A stretch of DNA of 64,000 nucleotides from assembly GCF_036399255.1 (NCBI RefSeq), contig NZ_DASWNM010000103.1, forward strand, positions 3,121 through 67,120, in the 5' to 3' direction. The notes beneath the pieces were generated by a model. That model searched no databases, was not told the DNA's origin, and worked only from the letters and a program-made list of their open reading frames with translations. Both the position numbers and the translations under genes were made by a program. This document shows positions 28,315-41,224 of this stretch, one piece after another. The stretch comes from Longimicrobium sp. (lineage in GTDB: Bacteria; Gemmatimonadota; Gemmatimonadetes; Longimicrobiales; Longimicrobiaceae). How positions within the stretch are numbered: position 1 is the first letter of the stretch; each line of letters begins with the position of its first letter.

Positions 28315-28364
28315 GGGAACAGGGAATAGGGAATAGGGAATAGGGAATAGGGAATAGGGAATAG
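28315..28364. repeat. Heptamer tandem repeat (GGGAATA)n
   Basis: About six consecutive GGGAATA units. Confidence 0.92.
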
Positions 28365-28407
28365 TGAGACGATGCAGGCGGGCGCGATGTGTGTGTTGTA
28401 CCGGACC

Positions 28408-28492
28408 CGGGGGAAACACCTGTCATTCTGAGCGAGCGCCCGCCCCGGGTTCCGGAAAAACCGTGGGGCCTGTTGGCGCGACCGAAGAATCT
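28408..28492. repeat. Half copy of the GTCATT...GAATCT palindromic family
   Basis: GGGGAAACACCTGTCATTCTGAGCGAGCGC...GCGCGACCGAAGAATCT; the GGGGAAACACCTGTCATTCTG start recurs near 39674. Confidence 0.65.
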
Positions 28493-28895
28493 CCCTCCCC
28501 TCGCGCGGAGCCCTTCCCGGGCACAGCCCGCGAACCCCGCCCGACGGCGGGATCCTGCCGCCCGGCATGGCACATTCTTCGTCGGTGCCATGCGACCGGG
28601 CGAAAGGCGAGCACTCCGCGGCGCCTCCCCGGGAATGACCCTTTCGTCGAATCGGGATTACGCGGGGAAAGATCCATCGGCCGCGCAGGCATTTGCAAAC
28701 GGTTGCGGTGCATGCGGTTGGATGGAGGTTGATGCACCCGCGGGCGCCTGAGGAGCGGAGGTTGAGAGGCGGGGTTGAAGCGAACCGGGAAACCGGCTTG
28801 ACGGGTGCGCGCCAGAGTTGCGGCGACCGAGCGGCCGGGGTGGCCGCCGATGCGGGAAAGGGATCCCGCCGTACCCAGATCCTGGAGATACGACC

Positions 28896-30149
28896 ATGGA
28901 AGACCGCACGTCCTCCACCGCCGTGCTGGACCGCGCCGACCCGGCGGATGAATTCGACTCGCTTCCGCAGACCGCTCCCCTGGACTACCTGCAGCTGCGC
29001 CTGCTGGCGGAGTCGGCGGCCAGCGTGGACAACCAGCTGACCAAGTTCTTCTTCGACAAGGAGGGAACGCTGCTCCGCACGGGGTTCGACACGCCGGTGG
29101 CGGAGGAGGACGTCATGGTCCCCGCCTACGACGCCGGACGTTTTCCACGCAACCAGGCCGTCCTCCAGATCCAGGAGTTCGCGGACCCCGCCACCTGGTA
29201 CGTGGCGCCCCCGACGACCGACGCGATGTTCTGGAGCGACGCGGCCGTGCACAAGTTCCTGGTTCCGTTCATCGCTTCGTGCGGCGGCGACAATGCCGCC
29301 AGCCTGCTGGCGCTCCTGCGCAGCGCGTGGAACCTGTACCGGACCGATCTGGTGACCGTGTACGCGCTGGTCCACGTGACCAGCACCGAGAGCGGCGCTC
29401 CGGCGAATCTGCGGGAGTCCGTCCAGGTGGTGTTCGCGCAGAATCCCGTAGACCCGTTTTCCGTGCTGCAGGCACTTCCGCTGGACAAGTTCGCGCACCT
29501 GTACGGAGGCTCCGAGCCCCGCCACGACGATCCCGTAAAGCCGGTTGCCTACTCGCGCGGCGGCGAGGGCACCCCGCAGCTGCCCAACTACCAGAAGCTG
29601 CGCGCCATGGCCGAGTGGGCGGCCTCGCTGCGGGACGTGCCCGCGTACTTCGTTTTCCGGACGGGGGAGGACGGGTTCAGCGCCCCGACGACCACGCCTC
29701 CCGCGGTGGGGCCGGGAGACATCGTGGTGCCCGCGTTCACGCCCGCGGTGCCGGCCGGCCGGCCCGTGCTGCACGGCGTGTGGCTGAACCAGGACGAGTC
29801 GGACTCGATCAACCTGGCCGGCCGGGGTGACGCGCTGTTCTGGAGCACGGCCGCCGTGGAGCAGTTCCTGTTTCCGTACTATGCGTCCAAGGGGGGCCTG
29901 CGGGCGCTGCCGGACCTGGTGGATATCCACAACGCCTGGACGATGGGCGGCGAGGACGGGGTGAACGCCCTGATCCACCTGCCCAGCTCCATGTGGACGG
30001 AGGTCACCAACAACACGCTGGTGACGCGGGTGGATCCCACGCAGCAGCTGGGGGTGGTGGCCCAGACCCGCGCCCGCGCCCAGGTCCCCTCCACGATGCA
30101 GGTGCACCCCATCGCCAGGTTCATGGTGCGGCACCCCGCGCGGCCATGA
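28896..30149 (+). CDS. Hypothetical protein with internal duplication (FWSxAAVxxFLxP motif twice)
   Basis: GGAGA RBS; DAMFWSDAAVHKFLVPFIASCGG and DALFWSTAAVEQFLFPYYASKGG. Confidence 0.8.
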   Translation: MEDRTSSTAVLDRADPADEFDSLPQTAPLDYLQLRLLAESAASVDNQLTKFFFDKEGTLLRTGFDTPVAEEDVMVPAYDAGRFPRNQAVLQIQEFADPATWYVAPPTTDAMFWSDAAVHKFLVPFIASCGGDNAASLLALLRSAWNLYRTDLVTVYALVHVTSTESGAPANLRESVQVVFAQNPVDPFSVLQALPLDKFAHLYGGSEPRHDDPVKPVAYSRGGEGTPQLPNYQKLRAMAEWAASLRDVPAYFVFRTGEDGFSAPTTTPPAVGPGDIVVPAFTPAVPAGRPVLHGVWLNQDESDSINLAGRGDALFWSTAAVEQFLFPYYASKGGLRALPDLVDIHNAWTMGGEDGVNALIHLPSSMWTEVTNNTLVTRVDPTQQLGVVAQTRARAQVPSTMQVHPIARFMVRHPARP

Positions 30150-32643
30150 GCTCCCGCACCATGGGATCGCGCGCCAGCAGCCCGCGCAGCGCGGGGCGCT
30201 GGGCCAGGTACGCATCCAGCCGCTCGCGGGCCCCCGCGCGGTCGCCCAGCAGCAGGAGCAGGTACGCCTCGTCGTAGGCCAGCGACACCCGCGACTCGGG
30301 CTCGAGGGCCGCGTCCACCCGCGCCCGGGCCAGCTCGGCCCGGGCGCGGGCGGCGTCGCCCGCCCGCGCCGAGACGGCCGCCGCCGCCATCCGCCGGTAG
30401 ACGGGGGCGTAGGCGTACCCCCCGGCGGCGGCCGCGGCCGGGGGGTTCATGGCCTCCAGCTCCGCCACCAGCCGCCACGCCAGCGCGGGGTCCGGCGGCC
30501 CCGACACCCCCAGGCGCATCAGGGTGAGCCGGCACTCCAGGAAGCGCCAGTCGCGCGGAAAGCCGAGGCGTCCCCGCGCGCAGGTTTCGGCGGCGGCGGT
30601 GTAGTCGCGCATCTCGATCAGCGCGTAGAAGCGGGTGTTGAGCAGCTCGCCGGCGTCCTCGAGCCAGGCGTCGTACCGCAGCGCGTGGTCGATGGCCATC
30701 TCGCTCTCCGCCATCCTGCCCCGCGTCATGAGCACCGCGCTGAGCTTGCCCCAGGCGCTGGCCAGCCGCGGCTCGGCGGCCACGGCGGCGCGCAGGTCGC
30801 GCTCGGCCCGCTCCATCAGCTCCGGAGAGGCCCCGGGCACCAGCGCGGCCGTCCACAGCGCCGCGCCGCGGGCCTCCAGCGCCCGCGCGTGCGCCGGCTG
30901 GCGGGCCAGCACGCGGCCGGCGCGCGCCAGGGCGCTGTCCACCGCCGCCTCGTGCGCCCAGCCGGGCTCGCCCCACGACGCCTGCCGCACGGCCACCCAC
31001 GCCCGGTCCAGCGGCGGGCGCGCCCAGCGCGGATCCGCCGCCTCGGCGCGGGCCAGCAGGGCGTCGGCCTCGTGCAGCATGCGCATGGCCGAGGCGACGG
31101 CGGCCGGGTCGGTGCTGCGCCGCAGGGTTAGCGCGTCGCCGTACGCCTGCTCGCCGCGCAGCACCAGCTCCAGCGCCGCCGCGCTGCGCGTTTCGGCCTC
31201 GGCCTGCCGCAGCCGCGCCTGCGCGCCCACCCGCCGCCGCACAAAGCCGCTCACCTCCTCCGACACGGCGCGCTGCACGGCGAACAGGTCGTCCATGGGG
31301 CGCACCACCACCTTGCTTTCCAGGTGCGAGTGCGTGTTGGCGTCGATCAGCTGCACCACCACCCGCACGCTGTCGGCCCAGCGGGCCACGCTCCCCTCCA
31401 CCACGGTGCCCACCCGCAGGTCCGCCACCATGCTGTCGAAGTGCACCGTCCCCTCGCGGTAGGGCTTTACACCGTTGCGCGACACCACGTCCAGCGCCTG
31501 CACCTGGCTCAGCTCGTGGATCAGCATCTCGGTGAGCCCGTTGGCCAGGTACTGCAGCTCCCCGTCGCGGCTGTCGTCGTCCAGGTACAGCACGGCGATG
31601 CGGCGCGGATCGTACTGCGGCTCCACGGGCGGCGCCGGCTTGCGCGCCGCCAGCACCACCAGCAGCAGCGAGGCCGCCAGCGCCCCCATCCCCGCCGCCG
31701 CGATCACCCCCATCCGCCGCACACGCGTCCGCCGGCGCGGCGGACTCACCGCGTCCGGCGTCGGTGCGGGAGCGCTCTCGACGATCGAGGGGGATGGATC
31801 CGCATCGGCGGGCGGTGCGTCCAGCGGCGCCATCTCCGCGACGGCGTCCGCGGCGGGACGATCCTCATCCACCGGCTCTTCTGTCGGAAGCGCGGCGAAG
31901 GGAGGCGGCGCGGGACGGGGCGGAGGCGCGGGGGGCGCGCGCCGCAGGCCGGCCATCAGCGCGCAGAGCTCCGGGTCCGGGCCCACGCCCAGCTCGTCGC
32001 GCAGCAGAAGCACGTGGGCGTCCGCCGCGCGCAGGGCGGCGGCGCGCTCGCCCCCGCTCGCCAGCGCGCGCACCAGGCGCACCGCCACGCGCGAGCTGAA
32101 GGCGTCGTGCGCCAGCAGCCGGCGCCACCACTCCGCGGCGCGCAGGGGCTCGCCGGCGGCCTCCGCCGCGGTGGCCAGCTCTTCCAGCGCGCGGGCCCAG
32201 GCGCGGGCCAGCCGGTCGCGCTCGCCGTCCACCCACTGCTCGAACTCGGGGGCGTCGTTGACGTAGAAGCCGTCCAGGAAGGGGCCGCCGTACGCCCGCA
32301 CCGCGTCTTCCCACCGCCCTTCGTCCACCGCCCGCTGAAAGTCGTCCAGGTCGCACCACACGTGGGCGGGGTCCAGCCCCACCTCGTCGCCCACCACCAC
32401 GAAGCTTTCGTCGCCCAGGTCCTTGCGCAGGACGTACAGGCTCTCGGAAAGGGTGTGGCGGGCGTCGGAGGCGGGGTGCTCGGCCCACAGCAGGCCGATG
32501 ATGCGCTCGCGGCCCACCGGCCGCCCCCGCGCGGCCGCCAGGATGGCGAGCAGGGCCAGGCGCCGCCGGTGCGCCGCGCGGCCCGAAATGGGCCCGTCGG
32601 GGCGCCGGACCACGGGCGCCCCCAGGACGTGGATGAAGATCAC
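30121..32643 (-). CDS. BTAD/SARP-family activator with TM segment, TolB-N-like domain and TPR region
   Basis: N-terminal wHTH (RERIIGLLW), BTAD (YGGPFLDGFY, FEQWVDGERDRL), hydrophobic TM, IAVLYL...LANGLTEMLIHEL, TPR-like C-terminus. Confidence 0.85.
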   Translation of the reverse strand: MIFIHVLGAPVVRRPDGPISGRAAHRRRLALLAILAAARGRPVGRERIIGLLWAEHPASDARHTLSESLYVLRKDLGDESFVVVGDEVGLDPAHVWCDLDDFQRAVDEGRWEDAVRAYGGPFLDGFYVNDAPEFEQWVDGERDRLARAWARALEELATAAEAAGEPLRAAEWWRRLLAHDAFSSRVAVRLVRALASGGERAAALRAADAHVLLLRDELGVGPDPELCALMAGLRRAPPAPPPRPAPPPFAALPTEEPVDEDRPAADAVAEMAPLDAPPADADPSPSIVESAPAPTPDAVSPPRRRTRVRRMGVIAAAGMGALAASLLLVVLAARKPAPPVEPQYDPRRIAVLYLDDDSRDGELQYLANGLTEMLIHELSQVQALDVVSRNGVKPYREGTVHFDSMVADLRVGTVVEGSVARWADSVRVVVQLIDANTHSHLESKVVVRPMDDLFAVQRAVSEEVSGFVRRRVGAQARLRQAEAETRSAAALELVLRGEQAYGDALTLRRSTDPAAVASAMRMLHEADALLARAEAADPRWARPPLDRAWVAVRQASWGEPGWAHEAAVDSALARAGRVLARQPAHARALEARGAALWTAALVPGASPELMERAERDLRAAVAAEPRLASAWGKLSAVLMTRGRMAESEMAIDHALRYDAWLEDAGELLNTRFYALIEMRDYTAAAETCARGRLGFPRDWRFLECRLTLMRLGVSGPPDPALAWRLVAELEAMNPPAAAAAGGYAYAPVYRRMAAAAVSARAGDAARARAELARARVDAALEPESRVSLAYDEAYLLLLLGDRAGARERLDAYLAQRPALRGLLARDPMVRELMAARGAAP

Positions 32644-32785
32644 GGCGAGAACTGCGGGGACTGAGAGAAACGGCCTGCGGGATGTTACTGCGTACGGCAG
32701 CTTAGTCGTACGTTCCCGGCGTACGCAAGCTGGCTGTTACGGGAAGTTGTAACAGGTCGATGCAGGAAGCAAGGGATCTACGGGC

Positions 32786-32885
32786 GGGAGAGGGGACAGG
32801 GGACAGGTTACAGGGAGAGCGGACAGGGTTTGCCGAAGCCGCAAAAGAATGGACCTCACACGGAGTCAACGGAGTCAACGGAGTT
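32786..32885. repeat. Short tandem repeats (GGGACAG-type heptamer and CGGAGTCAA nonamer)
   Basis: GGGGACAGGGGACAGGTTACAGG and ACGGAGTCAACGGAGTCAACGGAG; similar heptamer tract at 57893-57937. Confidence 0.7.
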
Positions 32886-33099
32886 TTCTCGTGCCGCTTC
32901 CTCTGCTCTGTCGGGTCCGAAGCCTCTTTCATGTAAGCGGATGACATGGCGCGCCGGTCGGCGAGGCACGAGCCGGCGTGGGATGGCGGGAACGGGAGAG
33001 GGAGGGAATCGCGGCAGGGGGCCATCCGCGTTTTGGGGGGGAGGGATGCGGATCGCCCGGGCATCTCCGCGGCTGCGCATCCAGGCAGATCTACCAGCG

Positions 33100-33350
33100 C
33101 TGTCATTCCGAGGCCCGGCCACGCCATAGCCTGCTTTCACACCAGAGGTTGCAGGGCCGAGGAATCTACTGTCGGATTGCTGGAGGGCAGACGCGGTAGC
33201 CCGTGCCTACCTGCGGCTACGACACGGGCGGACAGGGCCAGTGCCGGAGCGGTGCAGCGGGCCACCAGCAGCAGACAGTAGATTTCTCAGTCGGCGTGCA
33301 GGATTTCGTGCGAGCCGATGGTGCGGTGTGGCGCCTCCTTCGAAATGACA
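33100..33350. repeat. Solo copy of the 13.9-15.3 kb palindromic unit, inverted orientation
   Basis: CTGTCATTCCGAGGCCCGGCCACGC...GAGGAATCTACTGTCGGAT...GTAGATTTCTC...TTCGAAATGACA. Confidence 0.85.
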
Positions 33351-33480
33351 TACGGGCGCGAGCGCAGGGATTCTTGAACACACTCTGAGAACCATCCGCC
33401 CACTCCACGGTAGAGATGGACGGTGCGCGTTCCGGACGCTGGTGTTTTACCGGATTCAGTACCGCGGGGACAGGTTAGGG

Positions 33481-34620
33481 TCAGGGGACGGGCGCGGGGG
33501 GCGCGGTGGAGCGCGGACGGTCGGGGAGGAAGGAGGGGAGGGCGGCGCGGCGGCGCCAGAAGGGGGCATCGGGCCAGCGGGTCTCCTGCGCGTAGTAGTC
33601 GCGGCGCTGGTGCAGGTAGTGAACAAAGGCCCGGTCCTGCGCGGCCTCGTACGCCCGCGCGGGCGCGGAGTCGCCGTCCAGCCAGCGGTCCACGGCCGCC
33701 GCGGCCTCTTCCCCGCCCTGCAGCGCGCGAAAGACGCCGCTGGCGGAGAGCGGGTCCACGGCGGCGCGCGCGTCGCCCGCCGCCAGCCAGACGCCGTCCA
33801 TCCCGCCGCGCCGCAGCACGTGGCTGACGGCGGAGAACACCCGCGGCCCCCACGCCGGGCGCAGCCCCGCCAGGCGCGCCGCGGTGTGCGGCGCGCCCGC
33901 CAGCGCCCGGCTCCATCCGCTGGCCTCCCCCGCGCCGCGCCGCGCCAGCAGGTCCGCGTCCGTCATGAAGATGGCCACGAACCCGCCCTCCGGAAGGGGC
34001 GCGGAGTACCACCATCCATCCTCCACCGCCTCCACCAGCGCAAACCCGCCCTCCGCGTGCGCGGGGCCGGACAGGTGCGCCGCCGCCCCCACCAGGTGGT
34101 CCGCCAGCATCCGCCGCCCGCCCAGCCGGCCGGCCAGCGCCGGGCACCTTCCGCCGGCGTCCACCAGGGCCCGGGCGTGCACGGAGCCCGCGCCCGCGGT
34201 GTCGAGCACCCATCCGCCCGCGCCGTCCGGCCGCACCCCCCGCACGCGCACCCCCGTCGCCACGCGCGCCCCGGCACGCGCCGCGGCGCCGGCCAGCGCC
34301 TGGTCCACCCGCCGGCGGTCCACGTGCCACCCCGGGCCGTAGGGACTGAACATGAACGACTGCGCGCGGACCTCGCCGTCGCCCCACGCGCTGGCCGTTC
34401 CGTGCGAGGGAACGGGACCCAGCGCGCGCAGGTCGCCGGCCACCCCCAGCCGGTCCAGCAGGGGGTGCAGGCGGGGCGCCAGCGACTCGCCCACCCGCGG
34501 GGCGTCGTAGCGCGTCCCCTCCAGCAGAAGCACGCGCCGCCCGCGCCCGGCCAGGGTGCAGGCCGCGGCGGCGCCCGCGGGCCCGCCGCCCACGACCGCC
34601 ACGTCCACGGCGTCCCACAC
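33481..34620 (-). CDS. LodB/GoxB-like FAD-dependent oxidoreductase (CTQ maturation flavoprotein)
   Basis: VVGGGPAG, RVGESL, GWHVDRRR, GWWYSAPLP, AAGDARAAVDPLSASG, YAQETRWPDAPFWRRR; start uncertain (34620 or 34716). Confidence 0.85.
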   Translation of the reverse strand: MWDAVDVAVVGGGPAGAAAACTLAGRGRRVLLLEGTRYDAPRVGESLAPRLHPLLDRLGVAGDLRALGPVPSHGTASAWGDGEVRAQSFMFSPYGPGWHVDRRRVDQALAGAAARAGARVATGVRVRGVRPDGAGGWVLDTAGAGSVHARALVDAGGRCPALAGRLGGRRMLADHLVGAAAHLSGPAHAEGGFALVEAVEDGWWYSAPLPEGGFVAIFMTDADLLARRGAGEASGWSRALAGAPHTAARLAGLRPAWGPRVFSAVSHVLRRGGMDGVWLAAGDARAAVDPLSASGVFRALQGGEEAAAAVDRWLDGDSAPARAYEAAQDRAFVHYLHQRRDYYAQETRWPDAPFWRRRAALPSFLPDRPRSTAPPAPVP

Positions 34621-34699
34621 GGGCCGCTCGCTCGTCGATCCACTCCGCGCGGGGGCGGAAGGAAGAGGCAGCCGCGCCTCCCCCTCCCCGCCACGGCCC

Positions 34700-38332
<3,633 letters not shown>

Positions 38333-38367
38333 TCACGCCGCCGCCGCACGTGCCCGTCCGCCCTGCC

Positions 38368-38411
38368 GGGACACGCCTGTCCCGCCCCCGCTGGGACGCG
38401 CCTGTCCCGCC
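38368..38411. promoter_or_regulatory. Tandem palindromic boxes upstream of the lodA-like gene
   Basis: GGGACACGCCTGTCCCGCC (38368) and GGGACGCGCCTGTCCCGCC (38393), 25 nt apart. Confidence 0.45.
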
Positions 38412-38623
38412 GCCCCGGCGCTTTCGTTCCATTCGGGCCACGCTACGCCGAGGACGCATCGGGCCGGCGCGCACGCGCGCTTTGCGCCCCGCGTCCGGGC
38501 ACCTTCCCCGCCCCATCCCGCTAAGTCGTTGCTTTTGACAGGCATCAGCACGTCCCTTACATTCTCCCGTCCTCCGGTGCCGGGGTGACGGAACAGACGA
38601 TTTGTCCAACGGGATCTGCATAT

Positions 38624-39076
38624 ATGGAACTGCGTGAGTTCTTCACCGAGGACGCGATCAAGCTGGACCTTCAGGGCTCGAGCAAGGACGAGATCCTCAA
38701 GGAGCTGATCGGTCTTCTGGGGCTGGACGACAAGTCGCAGGGCATCCTGTTCAAGATGCTCAAGCGGCGCGAAAACCTGGGCAGCACGGGAATCGGCAAG
38801 GGAATCGCCATTCCGCACTGCCGCTCGCTGGTGGTGAACCGGCTGCGGGTGGCCTTTGGCCGCCGGGCCGACCCCATCGAGTACCGGGCCATCGACGACC
38901 AGCCGGTACAGTACTTCTTTCTGATCGTGGCGCCCCCGCTGGAGGTGTCGAACCAGTACCTGCCGGTGCTGGGCAAGATCGCGGGGTTCGTCAAGGAGGC
39001 CGACGTTCCCGGACGGCTGGCGAGCGTGCAGTCACCCAGGGAGTTCCTGGCGCTGCTGGAGGAAAAGGGCGCCTGA
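38624..39076 (+). CDS. PTS EIIA (Ntr/fructose type)
   Basis: RENLGSTGIGKGIAIPHCR phospho-His motif. Confidence 0.9.
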   Translation: MELREFFTEDAIKLDLQGSSKDEILKELIGLLGLDDKSQGILFKMLKRRENLGSTGIGKGIAIPHCRSLVVNRLRVAFGRRADPIEYRAIDDQPVQYFFLIVAPPLEVSNQYLPVLGKIAGFVKEADVPGRLASVQSPREFLALLEEKGA

Positions 39077-39095
39077 AACCACGGATAAAGGACTG

Positions 39096-39455
39096 ATGCA
39101 TCCTCACCTAGAGACGCTGCTGGAGATCCAGGACCTCAAGACGCAGCGGCGCGAGCTGGCCGCGGCGGGCGGCGACCGGGAGTTCCAGGAGTCGGTGTTC
39201 GGGCTGGGCGTCGAGAACGCGCTGGCGCAGATCGACGAAAAGGTCACGGAGATGGAGGCTTCGCTTCCTCCGCAGGTGCGCGGCCGTCTGCAGCGGATGC
39301 AGGCCAAGCATCCGCGGGTGGTGGTGCCGGTCATCCGCGGCACCTGCTACGGCTGCTTCGTGCAGGTGCCCACCGCGCTTGCGTCCGACGTGGACCGCAA
39401 CGAGGAAGTCCGCACCTGCCAGAGCTGCGGCCGCTTCCTGTACCTGATCGACTGA
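39096..39455 (+). CDS. Coiled-coil plus C4 zinc-ribbon protein (short DUF164-like)
   Basis: LLEIQDL start, CYGC...CQSCGRFLY. Confidence 0.82.
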   Translation: MHPHLETLLEIQDLKTQRRELAAAGGDREFQESVFGLGVENALAQIDEKVTEMEASLPPQVRGRLQRMQAKHPRVVVPVIRGTCYGCFVQVPTALASDVDRNEEVRTCQSCGRFLYLID

Positions 39456-39476
39456 AGCACCACGTTGATTTCGATG

Positions 39477-39519
39477 GCGAAGAACCCTCCTCCGCGCCGT
39501 GCGGGGGAGGGTTCTTCGC
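39477..39519 (+). terminator. Hairpin after the zinc-ribbon gene
   Basis: GCGAAGAACCCTCCTCCGC...GCGGGGGAGGGTTCTTCGC. Confidence 0.65.
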
Positions 39520-39544
39520 ATCATCCCAGAGACGTGTGTCGTCC

Positions 39545-39660
39545 CAGATCCCGAAAAAGAATCATCGTACAGAGGAACAGAGTCAGACAGAGAAAGCGTT
39601 GTTCCTCTGTTTGACTCTGTTCCTCTGTACCCATGAAGGTGTTGTTTTCCCGGATTCGGC
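39545..39660. repeat. ACAGAG-type palindromic repeat, copy 2
   Basis: Matches 8-140 including flanks CCAGATCCCGAAAAAGAAT and AAGGTGTTGTT. Confidence 0.85.
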
Positions 39661-39785
39661 ATCATACCGGTCCGGGGAAACACCTGTCATTCTGCGGCGA
39701 GACAGGTTTGGCCAGGAGAAGAAGCTGGAATCGCTTCTCTGCGTGACGGAAAAGCGAAGGCCGGCCCAGTGCTCTGGACCGGCCT

Positions 39786-40283
39786 TTACTCGTCGCCGCG
39801 GCGGCGGAAAAAGGGAAGCAGCCGCGATCGGCGCCGGGGCGCCGTGACGGAGATGCGGGTGTACTCCACGTGGTCGCCCACCTGCAGGATGATGAAGTAC
39901 ACGGCGGTGGGCACCCGCCTTCCGCGAAGGTCCCGCCCGTCCCAGTACGCCACCTTACGCCCCGGCTCGGTATAGCGAAGGTTGAGCACCGGCACGTTGC
40001 CGCCGCGGGGGTGGCCCACGGCCTTGGGAATGGCGACCTGCTGGTTCAGCATGTTCACCACGCGGATGCTCACCACGGGGGGTGACGCGCCCGCGAACAG
40101 GCTTTCCTCCAGGATGAAGGGGATGTAAGTGTCCGGGTTTGCCGGGTTGGGGTAGTTCTGCTCCAGGCGAAAGCCCCTGGACTGGGTTCCCGGGGCGCCC
40201 TGCGCGCCCGCGCCGGGTGGAGAAAGGCAGCCGCAGACCAGCCACAGAAGGAGCAGAACAGGCGGTGCACGCAGCATCAGCAC
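39786..40283 (-). CDS. Exported protein consisting of a FlgD-Ig/T9SS-CTD-like domain
   Basis: Signal peptide, FRLEQNYPNP, YWDGRDLRGRRVPTAVYF. Confidence 0.72.
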   Translation of the reverse strand: MLMLRAPPVLLLLWLVCGCLSPPGAGAQGAPGTQSRGFRLEQNYPNPANPDTYIPFILEESLFAGASPPVVSIRVVNMLNQQVAIPKAVGHPRGGNVPVLNLRYTEPGRKVAYWDGRDLRGRRVPTAVYFIILQVGDHVEYTRISVTAPRRRSRLLPFFRRRGDE

Positions 40284-40387
40284 CTCATCTGTTCACCAGG
40301 TTTCGCGCGTGGTTGCTCCTCCGTCAGTTCCTTTGGACCGTTCGTACGTGGATCGCGCGTCAACATACCCGCAGTCCGGGCGCGGGG

Positions 40388-41215
40388 TCAAGCAAGCGCC
40401 CCCCGCCCCTCCGGCCCGCCCTCCGCCTCGTCCCCCGCCCCTTCGCCCCCCTCCCCGGGGCGCGCCGGCACCATCGCCGTGCTCTCCAGGAACAATTCGA
40501 GGGCGCGAAACGGGCGGTCCTGCGCCAGCTGGGCCTCCAGGAACGCCTTCAGCAGCGCTCCCTGCGTCCGCGGGCGCGCCACCCCGCCCTCGGGGATCTC
40601 GCCGTTCAGCATCCGCCGCAGCTCCGCCCGGCTTTCCGGGTCCAGCACCCGCCCCGCCGGCCGGCAGTGCGTGCACGCCACCCCGCCCGCCGAGGCGTCG
40701 AAGCGCACCGGCTCGTCGTCCGCCAGCTCGCGCCCGCAGTGCACGCACGCGCCCGCCTGCGGCTCGAACCCCAGCAGCACCACCACGCTCCACGCGCCGG
40801 CCAGCGACGCCGCCAGCGCCCGCGCCGGCCCCCCCGCGCCCGCCACCGCGTCCCACGCCTGCGCCAGCGTCTCGTACAGCGCGGGGTGCGGATCCTCCGT
40901 CCCCGTGCGGATCACCACCTCCGCCAGCAGCGACGCTCCCGCGAAGCCGACGAGCGAGCGGCCCAGCCCCTGCCGGCTGCGGACCAGGTCGAAGCCGCTG
41001 AGCGTGTGCAGGTCGCGCCCCTCCTTGATGTAGAAGGTGGCCGTGCCCTCCGTGAACGGCTCCAGCACGCCCCCGTAGCGGCTCTTGGGGCGCAGCGCGC
41101 CCTTGGCCATCACCGAGCGCAGCCCGTGGTCCTGCGTGTACAGCCGCAGCACCTTGCTGGTTTCGCTGTACGGAAACGACTGCAGCACCAGCGCCCGGGT
41201 GGTGGCCAGCGCCAT
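40388..41215 (-). CDS. recO: DNA repair protein RecO
   Basis: YSETSKVLRLYT, AKGALRPKSR, CVHC...CTHC zinc motif. Confidence 0.93.
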   Translation of the reverse strand: MALATTRALVLQSFPYSETSKVLRLYTQDHGLRSVMAKGALRPKSRYGGVLEPFTEGTATFYIKEGRDLHTLSGFDLVRSRQGLGRSLVGFAGASLLAEVVIRTGTEDPHPALYETLAQAWDAVAGAGGPARALAASLAGAWSVVVLLGFEPQAGACVHCGRELADDEPVRFDASAGGVACTHCRPAGRVLDPESRAELRRMLNGEIPEGGVARPRTQGALLKAFLEAQLAQDRPFRALELFLESTAMVPARPGEGGEGAGDEAEGGPEGRGALA

Positions 41216-41224
41216 CGTCGCGCG

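Noticed and set aside
25587-30215. 1542-aa MutS with a huge N-terminal extension
   Set aside because: MutS begins at MASDDTPL (28163). The extension crosses a heptamer repeat and is antisense to the real 28896-30149 gene
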